Positions 20,301-31,715 are shown, counted from the first letter of the stretch. The stretch: 58,253 nt of DNA from a virus (IMGVR_UViG_3300021962_000125:1-58253); one strand, 5' to 3'. The notes: generated by a model not told the origin, from the sequence alone. Numbers and translations are program-made.

Positions 20301-23300
20301 TCAGAAGCAGAAGCAGCAACTCTAACTTTTAGATCACTGTCTTTAACAATATAGAGAGTAGAAGGTAACTTGTCGGTTGTGCCAACACCTGCAATTGATG
20401 TTGTTGCTATTCCTATTGCTTGTGCAGTTCCTGTTCCTGCAAATTTATATTCAATTTTTTCTCCACTTACAAAAAAGTGATTTGGAATAGTAATTGTATC
20501 ATTATTCACATCCACAATATCTTGACTATTTCCATAGAAATATCTTTCAAATAATGGATTTTCTTTATGAGTTAGATAAAATTGTCTTCTTACATCAGTT
20601 TCTGAACCAGTATAGAACCCATATTCAGATCTAATAAAACTATTCGTAAAATCAATTTCTCTACGTGGAATTGATACGTTAATAAGTCCTATTGCATTTT
20701 GATAAACTCTAATCTGAACATCAGTATTTGCATTTGGAGTAAACAAAAGACTTACGTTTCCACCAGAAGTTATTGTTGCGCCAATTGCACCAATAGATGA
20801 ATTTGTTTGGATAATACCAAATTCGGATACATGAACCTCGGTTGTTTCATTTGCAACAACTACTTCAGAAACCTGATATTGATTGTTGGTCAAATCTTCA
20901 ACACTTACAATGTAATAAGCACCGCTATAAACCAATGAGTTATAAGATGCTATTGTTGTTATTCCGGGTGTTGCCGAAGAAGCAATAGAAGTATAATGCG
21001 AAGATAGAGTTGAATTATTAAATGACTCTGTTCCAATACCAGCAGAAAGAGAGTTTGCAATTGATACTCTTACTGAATTTATATTGTATTGTGTTGTTGT
21101 TGAACTATAAGGAATTAGATCAATATTAATATTGCCTCCAGAATAATATGCATGATATGTACCAATTCCAACGGAGGAATATGAAGTTAAACTGGATGTA
21201 TTTAATTGGCCATATTCTTGTAAAGTTACTTCAGAACCATCATGAATCAAGGTAAGTTCATTAAACTCATTATATGAAGAGTCTGTTGCTCCAATTTGAA
21301 CAAGAACTTTCGAAGATCTATATGTAGATGCTATTCCAACAATAGTGACTGATGAAGAAATTCCCGAAGCGATACTAGTCGTTGCAGATCCAACAAAAAC
21401 ACAATCTCCTAGGTTCGTTGAACCAGTTGAGACTATAGAATCTCTAATGTCAAAAGAAATTAGACTTACATTATAATCATTGATTTTTGATTTTGTTGGA
21501 TAGAATAAAAGATTTCCTTCATTTCCTGTAATTGAGAAATCAAAAGAACCAATATCATAATAAGTGTTGTTTACTCCATACTGATTAATGAATGCATTTA
21601 CCCCATCATGGATAAGAGAAACCAAAGATACTTGCTTTTGTGAAGTATACCTCTTATCCTCAACAAAAGTTAGATATTTGATTGATCTTGAATCTAAAGA
21701 AAAACTATCAACAATACTAAATTGTGTGGGTCTTGGATCACTATTAAATTCATCACTAATATCGTCAATCAACAAAACTCTGTTGCCAATAGATTCGATG
21801 TAATCTTGAATGACGCGAGAATTAAAGATTATCTCATCAGATTTAATTTGATTGTCAATATTAAAATTATTTTCTCTAACCAAATCAAAATCATAAACAC
21901 AATTTAAATCAATAGTTTCGGAAAGATCAGCAATTCCAGAAACATCTCCCAAATTCTGCTCTGTGTTCATACCAGAAACTGTAGGAGATGATTCAATTAT
22001 TAAATCACTAAACTTTTTAAATCCTGCAGTATGGTTAAGATTTCCTACCGCACCGTTCCAAGTATCTGATGGTACTTGAGATCTTAAAGAATATGAAAAA
22101 TACTGATAGTAATCATTATCATGTACTCTTTGGAACTGATTATCTAAAATTCCAGTTTCTTTTTGCCAACCTTTGCTTACTGTTGAAGAAGATCCTACGA
22201 TATAACTGCAGTTTGAGGAAGTTACATTTGAAATAATACCTCTAGATGAAGAAGATTCGCCAACTATTTCATCACCTTCTTTAAATGACTCACTTACCGA
22301 TACCTTTAACAATTCTGTGTTTTTATTCCAATCAATAACAGTACCATTAACTAATCCAGAAGATACGTTTTCTCCAACATTAAATGTATTTTTTTCTAAA
22401 GCAATATCAAATATTGGGAAATATTTTTCTGGTATAATTTTTCCAGCAGAAATTTCAGAATTAAAAATTCCAGGAACTTCTCCATTTGAAAGATAATTTG
22501 AAAGATTATAAGATACTGTAGCACCTATTCCTCCAATGTTTGGATCGGTATTAACTACGGTAAACAAAGCGTAATTATAACTTGAAGAGTTATAACCTCT
22601 TGAAGTTGTTCCAACACCAACACTAACATTTTCAATTAAAACTTTATCGCCTATTTGGAAAGGAAAATCATTAGCATTACTAAAACTTGCTCCTAAAGTT
22701 ACAACTACATCCTTAGATGAAGGTATAAAAGTCATGGAATTGATTTTAATTCCATTTGTATTATTAATTGGAATTATTTTTGGAGTTTTGTTATTCAATC
22801 CCTTTGTATTTTTGATAATCTTGACCGTTTGAGTTTCAATACTATATCTAAGATCAACATCAGAAACCAAATTATCGGTAAGTCCATCTAAAACTATTAA
22901 ATCTGGAGATACTGAATATCCTCTACCTACAGAAGTAACGCCAATCGATTTAAATGAAGATTGTGGGATTATTTTTAAAATATCTGGAAGTTTTGCTGCA
23001 GGCCTTATTGAATAATCATTTGAATATCCAAATCCAATATCATCTATTTTTGTTTTTAAAACATTTCCAATATTATTAGATTTTACATCTAATATACTTC
23101 CATTGCCGATTCTAGACGAAACTCTCTCAATTTCTGGCATTGAGTTTAAGTTAAATCCATCATAATCAATATTAATCTGATCAATTTCACCATAAGAATT
23201 AGTGGAATTTGTGATATAACTTAATTTTGCATTAGTTTTATCGTAATTTGATCTTTCTGGTGATGTATTTAAAATATACTTGAAAGAAGTGGTGGAAATG

Positions 23301-26300
23301 CCACTAATAGTATGATCACCACTATAAGAACTTTGTTTGATACTGACAGAATTGTTATCAGATACCTCTTCGTCAATAATAATCTGTTCTTTGTTGGAAG
23401 GAAGATTGTTGAGATTTATTGGTGTTAATTTATAATAAAGTTTTTGAGGAGTTGAATCATTTAATCTTAAAGAAACTGTCGCATTAGTATCAATTCCAAC
23501 TCTTCCTTCTTTAACAACTTCAAAATTCTTTGAATCAGTAAAGTCAAATTTGTGCTTGAATTCAGAATCACTATAGAAATCAAAATCAAAGGCCGAATAT
23601 AAAATTCCATTATTTGTGAATGAAAGGGATGGACTTGAAACATCAAAAACCAAAGTATTTTTGCTTACTAATTTAATTGGTGGATTTATTGGTAGAATAG
23701 ATCCAGAAGAAGTGGTAGTTATATCTACTATGTTTCTTTCTTTTCTGGAAGAATAGTAGTAACTATTTGATAATTTTATTGTATCCTTATCAACAATAAC
23801 TACATAGTAAATTCCTTCATTTTGTAATCCACCAGAAGGAGATGCTGACTTATAGATTACTTTTTGACTTGTACTCAATCCATGATTTTTTAAAGTAATT
23901 GTATTTTCGGTTGTATTTACGTCAGAATTTATAAACTGTTGTTCCCCAACTATCATTCTACGATTATATTCATTGTAAGAAACAGAAATTTGCGTAGAAA
24001 TTCCAGAAATTACTGATACCTTAACGTAGTCGTTTAATTTCAATCCATGAGTTGTTGCAGTAGAAACTGTTACTTCGTTTTTGCTAATATTACCGATGAG
24101 AGTATTCTTATAATTTGTTTTAAAACTATGATCTAAACCAGAACCAATATTAGTAAAATAAAGAAGGCTTGCAGTTGAACCAATACCAACATAAGATCCG
24201 GTTGTTCCAAGTCCAACAGGATATGTACTAATTCCAATAAGATCCGAAGTTAATTTGGTTGCATAAACTGTTGAGTTATTTGATAATGAATATGAAGCAA
24301 TGCCATCATTAGAAACTGATATTGATGTTCCACCATTAAATGAATAGATAAGTTCATCTCCAGATTCTAATTTATGATTTGGAATATAAATGGACTTTGT
24401 TGGTATGGAGATTTGAGTTGCGCCAACTCCAGGATTTGAAAAAGTCAAAGTAGTCGAAATTCCAGGTCCTGCAGTTGTCCCTATTCCCAATGACTCAATT
24501 GGATTAAAATAAAGTTCTTTATTTAATTTGGAACCGTACTCATTTTCAACTTTGTATGTAAAATACAACTTTCTAGAAACTTCTGTTAATGCAGTTCCAA
24601 CAGGATAACTTGAAATTCCTAAAGTTCCATTTTGATTTCTAAGAACTCTTATTCTTGAAGAAATCGGATCAATATTTAATATCTTAACTTGCTCATTTCC
24701 GATCTGATATATGTCATTTTCTCTTATGACAAAATCTTGAAGGTTGCCAGATACATTAAAATAGGTAACCAAACCGGTATAACTTGTTGACCCTATTCCA
24801 GTAGAGGAATATAAGATATTCACACTTTTTGAAATTTTTGATACTTGTTCTGATTCAAAATTGGAACTAATAATAACTGTATCTAAATTGCTAAAGTTAT
24901 GGGGAGATGTTGAAAATGCAACATAATTTCCAACATTTAAAGATACTGGAGAAAACTCTGCATTAGAAATTTCTGTCGAAGCTACACTAATCGAGTTGAT
25001 TTCTTTTCCTTTTATAAAGGATACACTTGCTCTTGGTTTTCTAGATGAAAGATCGGTGTCTTTAAAAATTATTTTATCGTTTACTTGATAATTCTTTCCA
25101 CCGGTAACAATCCCAACAGAAGATATTTGTCCACTAGAAACTGATTTTACTTGAGAAATTTGTTTTCTAACCTTGTTAGGATCATATAAGAATTGATATC
25201 CACTTGTAGATTTTGTGATATTATAAGGAGTTGTATTTCTAATCCAACCCATTTGGTTGATATTAATTTCACTTTGATTTGATGTTTTTAGGAAATTAAA
25301 CTCAATTGGTTTTGACTTATAAGAGTTTCCAATAAAATATGGGAAATATGGTAACTTGTAGTTTTTAAATGCACCTACAGATTCTACGGTGCTGTTAATA
25401 GTTGTAAAATATGCATATATTCCATTTGGATATTCTGGAGTTATGCAAAATCTCCCATTATACTCATCTAGATCGCCACCACCAACATATTCATAGTCAT
25501 CAACAAAAGTTCCTGTTGGGTATAGTGATGTACTTGGTCTTTTTGGTTGGGATTTTAATTTATAACCAGAAACCATCGATTTTATAGGTCCTCCAGTTAT
25601 AGTAGAATATCCATATGGACCATAAATTGGGTTTCCATCATAAGCCCAACCAATTATGGGAGAATGTGATATTGAAGTAATTTCTTTTCCATTATCAAAT
25701 ATTAAATCTGGTTCATAAAAAACTTTACCATCTTTATATCTTCTAGCCAATACAGATGATCTTAATTTTCTTGGAGAATATGCATGAAAATATTGTAAAC
25801 CAAAGTTGGAAAAACTTTCATCTAAAATTCCATCGTCATCTGTAATTTGATTCGTCTGCAAATATCTTTCTACTAAATTAATATTCCAAGACTTAATATC
25901 TGCTTCAAATTTTGCTCCTATTCCGGCAGACAAAACATCAATAGTTGTATCAGATTCTGAATAACCGATTCCACCAGATATTACCTTAACTGAAGTTATT
26001 GCTCCATTTGAAACTATTGGAGTCAATATTGCTCCTCCACCAGATCCATTAATAACTAGATTTGGTGGTGAATTATAATTACTTCCTGGAATATTAATGA
26101 TAACATCAACAATACTTCCATTATTGATAATAGGAGTTAATTGAGCTCCTTCTCCATTCAAAAGTAAAAATTCAGGTTGTCTATTATAATTTAATATTTC
26201 TTCGGAGCCATAAGATGATCCACCGTCCTGAATATGAACAGATTCAATGCTACCTCTAAAAATAGGTTGTAAGATTGCATTAAAATTCTGATTCGCTAAT

Positions 26301-29300
26301 GTAGAAATCCCAATAAGACCTGATACAACGGCAGAAATTGGTTCATAATTGAATATATGTAGTCCGTTTCCAGAATCAACGAAGTTTACATACTCTTGTG
26401 TTTTATAATTAATATCTTTTGCCTGGGTTGCTGCAATACCAACCAAAGATAGTTTGAAATTGTCTTCATCTACTTTTGTTACATAATAAGTTGAGGTAGT
26501 AGACAATCCAACAACTGGGCTATCAGTATAATTATATGTTATAATTTCTCCACTTTCATATCCATGATTAGAAATTCTTACCGTATTTGATGCAGTGTCA
26601 ATTCCAGAAGAGTTTGTTGTAGTCTTCTTGTTTTCATAATTACTTCCGTAATTAATTATTGATATTGATCCTATTTTTTTCTTTTTATTTGTGGATTTAA
26701 ATCTATGGATTCCCTTTCCAGTATTAGTAATGGATATAGTGTTTATTCCTAAAATACTATCAGAATATGTTCTATGAAGTTTAACTTTCGTAGAATCAAC
26801 AACAGAAACATAATATGATGAATTTGTTGATAATCCGCCGATAATTGTTTGTCCCTGTGGATCATATACAACTTGCTCATAATCCCTAAATTTATGATCC
26901 TCAATAAAAGTTATAGATGAATTAGAGGCATTGATAGCACCAGAAGTCTGGTTAGCATTTATATCTGAATAATGGTCAAATGAAACTAAATTTGCTTTAG
27001 CCTTTGCACCAAAACCATTGCCTCCATAAATTGTTATATTCGGTTCAGTTAAGTAATCAAATCCACCATCAATAATATCAATTCTTTCCAAAGAACCTTT
27101 GACCGAACAATAAGCAGTTGCACCCGATCCAACCGAATCTGATATTTGAAGCGTTGGTGGGTTTATAATATCATAACCAGAACCAGATGCTATGGGAGAA
27201 ATTGACTCTAATGGTCCATAAAAGATATTGTCTTTTGACTTGTAATTAAGTATTTCTACACCATTTACCAAAATTCCAGTTGTCCCAGAAATAGTTTTGT
27301 AATCCTGGTCATTGGAATTTATTGGGTCAGATACTTTTCTAATAAGTTTTTGTGGTTCTAATTGTTTTGTTTCTAAAGAACTTTCAGAAACAAAAGAGGC
27401 AAATTCTAATTTATGATTTTGTATCGTTCCAGATACTGATAGGAATTTATTTGAGTATAAATTAGGTCTACTTTTTGAAAGTCTGATTGTAGTTTCGTTA
27501 ACTTTTTTTATAAAGTAAAATCCTTCAGTTATTCCGGACAAAGTTCCAGAACCTGTACTTGATCTATAGAATACTTGATCTCCACTGTAGAATGGATGTC
27601 TACCAATGTTTAGATCAGTTCCCTCAAAGGTGCCAGAGAATAATAAAGCTTTATCGTTTACATTAATTTTTTGATTTAGATATGTTGGAAGAGATGGTGC
27701 GGCAACATATAATGATTTTTGATCATCGGTATAAACATTTTGAACATTTGTAGTATATTCAATAAGATTTGGATAATTAATTGATTCTAGTCTTGACAAT
27801 ATTTTTCTTAATTCATAATTAAAACTAACATCTAGAACTTCTTGACACGATACAATTATAGATTTTTTGTTATTAAAAGATACAACAAATGCAAATTTTT
27901 CTGCTCCTTGTCTCCCATTTGCGGGAATGATAGAAACCCTGTCTCCAATAACAAAAGAATGTTCGTCATAGAAGTTGACTATGTAAGAATTATTTGAAGA
28001 ATCGAGTAATCTTATAGACTCTGATTCGTATGATGTTGATAGATTAAAAAACCAATTGTTAAACTTATAATCGTCTAAAGAATCTCCTAAAGTTTTAATG
28101 ACAATAGGATCTCCTGAAGAAAATAGAGGATTTTTCTCAGATAACACTACATCTGACAATACTCCAGTTACTCTAAACTTAATAGTTCCCAAATCATCGG
28201 AACCATAAGCATAAACATTTGCTTTAATTTCGGATCCTTTTAAAATTGGTTGTGTGATTCCAGAACAATTTAAAAACTGTGTGAGCGTTTTATCTTTATA
28301 CGTAACTACAAGTTGAGTTCCATTTTCTAAATCTACTAAAAGTTCTCCAGATTGTGGAAATCCTACAGTAGAATCAACATCAAGAGACGTTGAACTTGGT
28401 GTAAATGCGTCTACATTTACTGCTTTGTTAATAATATCGGTAATTGATATTGTTTTGGGGTGAATTGAAAAATCACCAAATATAGTTCCCTCAACGTCAA
28501 TATCCCTTTGATATCCAGAATCTAAACTAATTACATAATATTCCTTTTCCCCTCTTTGAATTTTTTCAATTTGGGTTACTGTCCCTCTTGCTTTTGGTAA
28601 AAAAGAATTTTGATCTTGGTATATTGTTCTGTTTAATAAATTTAAAATATCTCCTTCAACTGCTTCAACTACCAGATCTTTTGTTACTTTATATTGTGCA
28701 TCCGATGGTTGGATTAAATAATCTTGAGGTCTAATAACTTCAACATCTTTTCCATATAAGGCTCTAAACAAAATTTCAAAAGATCTTTCTGTTCCTTTTG
28801 ATGAATAAAAATCTTTTGCTTGTTTTAGAAATAATCCTTCATTTAAAGATGAATAAAATTCTCTATCTTCAAATCCTGGCGTTAATTGAACTTTTAATTT
28901 TTTAAAAAACTGCTGAAGAAATAGAACACTGAGATTTGATACCTTAGATTTAGCAGTATGATTATCGGATAAAGAATTTGAAAAGGTTAAACTACCGGAT
29001 CCTTCTAAAGAGGTTATTCCACTAAATCCTCTTATACATCCAGTGAAAGATGTTGAGGTTTTTTCTGTATATGTAATTATTTCAGAATTTATTAAAAGAA
29101 GACCATACGAATCTGGAAATCCTGCAGTTGACTCCACATTAATCGTAGTATCAACAAATGAAATATCAGATGTAAGTGTGGTAGAATCTACCAAATTAGA
29201 TAAGTTATCTACTTTTATGTACTTGTCAAGGTTTTGAATCAAGTCATAAGAAGCCCCTTGATATTCCAAAGACAAATAATATTGTTTTAAAAATTCTGAT

Positions 29301-29380
29301 ACAAGAGGAAACTCAGTTTTTACGTACTCTGGAAGTTGGTTTTCGACAACTGAACTAATTTGGATTCTTGTTTCTGTCAT
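17369..29380 (-). CDS. gp7: Baseplate wedge initiator gp7 (4003 aa, expanded)
   Basis: Position between gp6 and gp8; FLKQYY, FYSSKGT..SFEILFRALYG, HSPIIGWAYDGNPIYGPYG, YYQYFSYSL...HTAGFKKF. Confidence 0.88.
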   Translation of the reverse strand: MTETRIQISSVVENQLPEYVKTEFPLVSEFLKQYYLSLEYQGASYDLIQNLDKYIKVDNLSNLVDSTTLTSDISFVDTTINVESTAGFPDSYGLLLINSEIITYTEKTSTSFTGCIRGFSGITSLEGSGSLTFSNSLSDNHTAKSKVSNLSVLFLQQFFKKLKVQLTPGFEDREFYSSLNEGLFLKQAKDFYSSKGTERSFEILFRALYGKDVEVIRPQDYLIQPSDAQYKVTKDLVVEAVEGDILNLLNRTIYQDQNSFLPKARGTVTQIEKIQRGEKEYYVISLDSGYQRDIDVEGTIFGDFSIHPKTISITDIINKAVNVDAFTPSSTSLDVDSTVGFPQSGELLVDLENGTQLVVTYKDKTLTQFLNCSGITQPILKGSEIKANVYAYGSDDLGTIKFRVTGVLSDVVLSEKNPLFSSGDPIVIKTLGDSLDDYKFNNWFFNLSTSYESESIRLLDSSNNSYIVNFYDEHSFVIGDRVSIIPANGRQGAEKFAFVVSFNNKKSIIVSCQEVLDVSFNYELRKILSRLESINYPNLIEYTTNVQNVYTDDQKSLYVAAPSLPTYLNQKINVNDKALLFSGTFEGTDLNIGRHPFYSGDQVFYRSSTGSGTLSGITEGFYFIKKVNETTIRLSKSRPNLYSNKFLSVSGTIQNHKLEFASFVSESSLETKQLEPQKLIRKVSDPINSNDQDYKTISGTTGILVNGVEILNYKSKDNIFYGPLESISPIASGSGYDIINPPTLQISDSVGSGATAYCSVKGSLERIDIIDGGFDYLTEPNITIYGGNGFGAKAKANLVSFDHYSDINANQTSGAINASNSSITFIEDHKFRDYEQVVYDPQGQTIIGGLSTNSSYYVSVVDSTKVKLHRTYSDSILGINTISITNTGKGIHRFKSTNKKKKIGSISIINYGSNYENKKTTTNSSGIDTASNTVRISNHGYESGEIITYNYTDSPVVGLSTTSTYYVTKVDEDNFKLSLVGIAATQAKDINYKTQEYVNFVDSGNGLHIFNYEPISAVVSGLIGISTLANQNFNAILQPIFRGSIESVHIQDGGSSYGSEEILNYNRQPEFLLLNGEGAQLTPIINNGSIVDVIINIPGSNYNSPPNLVINGSGGGAILTPIVSNGAITSVKVISGGIGYSESDTTIDVLSAGIGAKFEADIKSWNINLVERYLQTNQITDDDGILDESFSNFGLQYFHAYSPRKLRSSVLARRYKDGKVFYEPDLIFDNGKEITSISHSPIIGWAYDGNPIYGPYGYSTITGGPIKSMVSGYKLKSQPKRPSTSLYPTGTFVDDYEYVGGGDLDEYNGRFCITPEYPNGIYAYFTTINSTVESVGAFKNYKLPYFPYFIGNSYKSKPIEFNFLKTSNQSEININQMGWIRNTTPYNITKSTSGYQFLYDPNKVRKQISQVKSVSSGQISSVGIVTGGKNYQVNDKIIFKDTDLSSRKPRASVSFIKGKEINSISVASTEISNAEFSPVSLNVGNYVAFSTSPHNFSNLDTVIISSNFESEQVSKISKSVNILYSSTGIGSTSYTGLVTYFNVSGNLQDFVIRENDIYQIGNEQVKILNIDPISSRIRVLRNQNGTLGISSYPVGTALTEVSRKLYFTYKVENEYGSKLNKELYFNPIESLGIGTTAGPGISTTLTFSNPGVGATQISIPTKSIYIPNHKLESGDELIYSFNGGTSISVSNDGIASYSLSNNSTVYATKLTSDLIGISTYPVGLGTTGSYVGIGSTASLLYFTNIGSGLDHSFKTNYKNTLIGNISKNEVTVSTATTHGLKLNDYVKVSVISGISTQISVSYNEYNRRMIVGEQQFINSDVNTTENTITLKNHGLSTSQKVIYKSASPSGGLQNEGIYYVVIVDKDTIKLSNSYYYSSRKERNIVDITTTSSGSILPINPPIKLVSKNTLVFDVSSPSLSFTNNGILYSAFDFDFYSDSEFKHKFDFTDSKNFEVVKEGRVGIDTNATVSLRLNDSTPQKLYYKLTPINLNNLPSNKEQIIIDEEVSDNNSVSIKQSSYSGDHTISGISTTSFKYILNTSPERSNYDKTNAKLSYITNSTNSYGEIDQINIDYDGFNLNSMPEIERVSSRIGNGSILDVKSNNIGNVLKTKIDDIGFGYSNDYSIRPAAKLPDILKIIPQSSFKSIGVTSVGRGYSVSPDLIVLDGLTDNLVSDVDLRYSIETQTVKIIKNTKGLNNKTPKIIPINNTNGIKINSMTFIPSSKDVVVTLGASFSNANDFPFQIGDKVLIENVSVGVGTTSRGYNSSSYNYALFTVVNTDPNIGGIGATVSYNLSNYLSNGEVPGIFNSEISAGKIIPEKYFPIFDIALEKNTFNVGENVSSGLVNGTVIDWNKNTELLKVSVSESFKEGDEIVGESSSSRGIISNVTSSNCSYIVGSSSTVSKGWQKETGILDNQFQRVHDNDYYQYFSYSLRSQVPSDTWNGAVGNLNHTAGFKKFSDLIIESSPTVSGMNTEQNLGDVSGIADLSETIDLNCVYDFDLVRENNFNIDNQIKSDEIIFNSRVIQDYIESIGNRVLLIDDISDEFNSDPRPTQFSIVDSFSLDSRSIKYLTFVEDKRYTSQKQVSLVSLIHDGVNAFINQYGVNNTYYDIGSFDFSITGNEGNLLFYPTKSKINDYNVSLISFDIRDSIVSTGSTNLGDCVFVGSATTSIASGISSSVTIVGIASTYRSSKVLVQIGATDSSYNEFNELTLIHDGSEVTLQEYGQLNTSSLTSYSSVGIGTYHAYYSGGNINIDLIPYSSTTTQYNINSVRVSIANSLSAGIGTESFNNSTLSSHYTSIASSATPGITTIASYNSLVYSGAYYIVSVEDLTNNQYQVSEVVVANETTEVHVSEFGIIQTNSSIGAIGATITSGGNVSLLFTPNANTDVQIRVYQNAIGLINVSIPRREIDFTNSFIRSEYGFYTGSETDVRRQFYLTHKENPLFERYFYGNSQDIVDVNNDTITIPNHFFVSGEKIEYKFAGTGTAQAIGIATTSIAGVGTTDKLPSTLYIVKDSDLKVRVAASASDALLTIPKTLDITNLGVGTVHRFVSTNQNARVLITIDNLIQSPIVSTSVTTNSTKNITVADQEIIFSGITSFFGGDLIKIDNEIMRINSVGVGSTNAVIVERAWMGTGISTHAINSKIVKVSGDYNIVDNNIHFITAPYGPTPIGSTTNPPDARDFVGIETHSTFSGRSFIRSGIIGGIEDAYSKNYIFDDISNNFNGISTTFTLKSNGSNISGISTSNAIILINDIFQGPVRLGGISVPSDYDLLEVSGISSITFTGTISSTSYDINSSNVPRGGIILSVGSTSGFGYQPLVSAGGTAIVSSGGTIQSISIGNSGSGYRSGIQTTVNVGVATSSTGIPNIEFIGTASISGGHIVSVAITNPGTGYTTSNPPIVIFDAPLSYSNIPLIYSSSSSGVGTEATANIVVGQGSSVISFEINNNGYGYDQEEVLTVAIGGTVGIPTNTALSFSEFQLTVERTFDDEFKGWSIGDLQVIDSIDSLFDGKRVTFPIKINGEQTTIRSRRGSNVEVKSNLLIFINNVLQVPDQSYFFNGGSVITFSQAPRSGDSSKILFYKGTGDIDTLNVDIMESVKEGDTLRINSDIDRLKENSRLVTDVVSTDIVETNVYSGPGITEDETLLRTVIWCRQSEDKIVNGQEITKDRILYEPLINPFTNIIQNVSISSTAIFVESVKTFFDSADEYLQDGTTEKPQKKIIIISQDQLVSAAATAIVSTAGTISSILISDGGVGYTTNPSVIIENPVGLGTTQRAIATSTVSIGGTVSTISISNPGTGYTTSNPPGVLIDSPRIVKEIVDDVSYEGDFGIISGISTVSVGVASTGLIFDFYIPQNSFLRDSAVNNVGLATTGISGIQTGYYFVVYNSNVGNGVTSIDQSGSVVGLGTTFIDNVYQVAAVSIAQTHAVGVGLTYVARVTVSVQGYNNLSGIGYSNFYGEYSWGKISIPTRSNPKSFSSYNNGLVGISTSAKIQRYNPLKYRNYAS

Positions 29381-29381
29381 T

Positions 29382-31292
29382 TTATATTCTTACGAGGTCT
29401 CCGTTTAAATAACTTGATGTTACCGTGTATGACGATCCTGAGATATCAGAACCAGAAGATATTTCATCTGATACCATATTTAACACACTAGAAGATGCAT
29501 CTAATTGTAAATATAAATCCTGCAATCCAATAACATCATTTGATTTTGGTGATGTAGAAATTTGAATAACAGGTTCTCCTCCAACATTTTTTGCTGCTGA
29601 AGTAATATTTACTGGATTTAAAATAATCTCCCCTCTCTCATAATCAATCCTTCCTACATTATCTCTCACTATTGTAGGAGTATTATTTGAGGTTATTGTA
29701 AAAAAGAATATCCTACCAGTTTTTCCATCAGAGTTTGGAATATCTGACAAGTAAAGAGTTGATCCTATAGAACTGACATTAAATCCGGAAGATTTAATAT
29801 TGTATCCACTCATTTTATTGATATGAAATGCATTTCCATAACAAATCTCATAGTCAGCGAATTGATTTAATAGTGGTTTTAAATCTCTTCTGATCACAAT
29901 CTTTGTGATGTTAGATGTTATTGATACATGACTGTCATCAATTAACTTTAAAAACTTACTATATTTAAATCTTGCTCCATATTTGTTTAACTCCGTAGAG
30001 TCTGCATAAGAATTAATGTTTTGAGAAATAATCGTTTTTAAATAATCAGAATTCGGTGCAGAATTTACATTATAATAAACTGATGCATCATACTCAACAT
30101 AGAGATATTTTAGATCTAAAATTTCAGGAACAATTCCCGCTACACTATATTTTTTTAAACTATTCTTAATATTATTCTTAACCTGACTAGAAACAAAATT
30201 TCCATTAATTGGTTTGATTGATATAAAAACCTTACCATATTTTGGTGGACTTAAATCTTCTCCACCAAAAACAGATATTGATTCTGTTTCTGGGTAGATC
30301 ATAGGTACAATTGTTTCATAATCTGTTGCAGTTACCGCCCTATTTTGCGATGCATAGATTCTTGGTGCATATTTTTTTATAGAATCTATAGACTCTATAT
30401 TTTCACCACCTCTCGCTTCAGTATTTGTGGTAATTAAAGAGATTCCTGTGGTAATAACACGATTATTATTGTCAACTATTCTTCCACTAAAGTTGAAAGA
30501 AGAAACTCCGTTTGCATCCTTTCCGGAGGATGTTACGTAAGAAACCTCAATATAATTTTGATTATCAAGTTTAGTGCCAAAAACACCATCGCCAAAAATT
30601 AATTCATATCTCTGATCTTCAACTTCTTGAATAAAGAATACTCTCGAATTTGAATCAACGTCTAAAAGACTTGATGAAAGTGTGAATTTTCTTTTTACTG
30701 TACTTGATTGTGTATTTCTAACTTCTACTGAAATTGATTGTGTATCAATATTTGCATTGTCTAAAATGAATTTTTGATTTGGATTATTTGAGTTAACAGT
30801 AAATGATTTAATTAAAAATGTTCCTTCATATACATTGATATTATCAAATAAAGCTACACCATTCACAACTGGTTTTGTAATATCCTCTGGAATGGTGAAT
30901 GAATAGTTTTGACTCCCAAAAGAATTACTAGATGTACAAACTGTACCTTTCTTAAGGGTTAGTGTAATTGGTTTAGTTGTAAACCCTGTGGTGTCAACAA
31001 AAAAAGAAATATTTGCTCTCGATGACGTTCTTGATCTTGGAACGTAACCAATATTTCTTGCTAAAGAGACAACATTTTCTCTTAACGTAGCACTATCAAT
31101 AAAAACCTCATTGCTAACCATGTTAGCGTTATATGAGGTGATGTATGTATTGTAAGCTAAAACGTCAATTAAAGTTGAAAGATTGGATCCTTCAAAATCA
31201 TAATCAGTAAAATTTGAATTCGCTCTTAAATAATCGCGAATTGAACTTTTTATTTGATCGAAATCTAGATTCGTAAAATTAACTAGTGCCAT
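29382..31292 (-). CDS. gp6: Baseplate wedge subunit gp6
   Basis: LDFDQIK, FTDYDFEGS, DSATLRENVVSLA, QNRAVTATDYE, PKYGKVFISIKP. Confidence 0.96.
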   Translation of the reverse strand: MALVNFTNLDFDQIKSSIRDYLRANSNFTDYDFEGSNLSTLIDVLAYNTYITSYNANMVSNEVFIDSATLRENVVSLARNIGYVPRSRTSSRANISFFVDTTGFTTKPITLTLKKGTVCTSSNSFGSQNYSFTIPEDITKPVVNGVALFDNINVYEGTFLIKSFTVNSNNPNQKFILDNANIDTQSISVEVRNTQSSTVKRKFTLSSSLLDVDSNSRVFFIQEVEDQRYELIFGDGVFGTKLDNQNYIEVSYVTSSGKDANGVSSFNFSGRIVDNNNRVITTGISLITTNTEARGGENIESIDSIKKYAPRIYASQNRAVTATDYETIVPMIYPETESISVFGGEDLSPPKYGKVFISIKPINGNFVSSQVKNNIKNSLKKYSVAGIVPEILDLKYLYVEYDASVYYNVNSAPNSDYLKTIISQNINSYADSTELNKYGARFKYSKFLKLIDDSHVSITSNITKIVIRRDLKPLLNQFADYEICYGNAFHINKMSGYNIKSSGFNVSSIGSTLYLSDIPNSDGKTGRIFFFTITSNNTPTIVRDNVGRIDYERGEIILNPVNITSAAKNVGGEPVIQISTSPKSNDVIGLQDLYLQLDASSSVLNMVSDEISSGSDISGSSYTVTSSYLNGDLVRI

Positions 31293-31694
31293 TTATCGTG
31301 TTGGCTGAAGTGCAAATGATAACTGTTGTGGAAGAACATCAATACCAACAATTTGATAGTTGATGGTAACATTAAATTCATTTTCATCATAATTGGGAGA
31401 AACTATCACATCAATTAAATTCACCCTCGGTTCATAACTTTCAATTGTATTTTGAATTTCGTCTTTAATTATTGAGGCAGATATCTCATCAACATTTTCA
31501 AAAAGAGAACGACTAACTTTTGATCCTAAATTTTCGTTAAAAAATTTTTCTCCTGGATATGTAAACACCAAATTACGAATAGAGCGAGCAATAGCAGTCT
31601 CATTTTTCAGAGCAATCAAGTCATAATTGACTGGATTTGCCTGAAATGTCATACTCAGGTCCTTAAATGCTTTACTGACCCGCTCTAAAGGCAT
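31293..31694 (-). CDS. gp25: Baseplate wedge subunit gp25
   Basis: AIARSIRNLVFT.PGEKFF...LGS, YEPRV. Confidence 0.94.
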   Translation of the reverse strand: MPLERVSKAFKDLSMTFQANPVNYDLIALKNETAIARSIRNLVFTYPGEKFFNENLGSKVSRSLFENVDEISASIIKDEIQNTIESYEPRVNLIDVIVSPNYDENEFNVTINYQIVGIDVLPQQLSFALQPTR

Positions 31695-31715
31695 AAAAAT
31701 GTATAAAATCTGTAT

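Noticed and set aside
17369-29380. 4003-aa gp7 as a novelty
   Set aside because: Very long, repeat-expanded gp7 proteins are typical of T4-like cyanophages.
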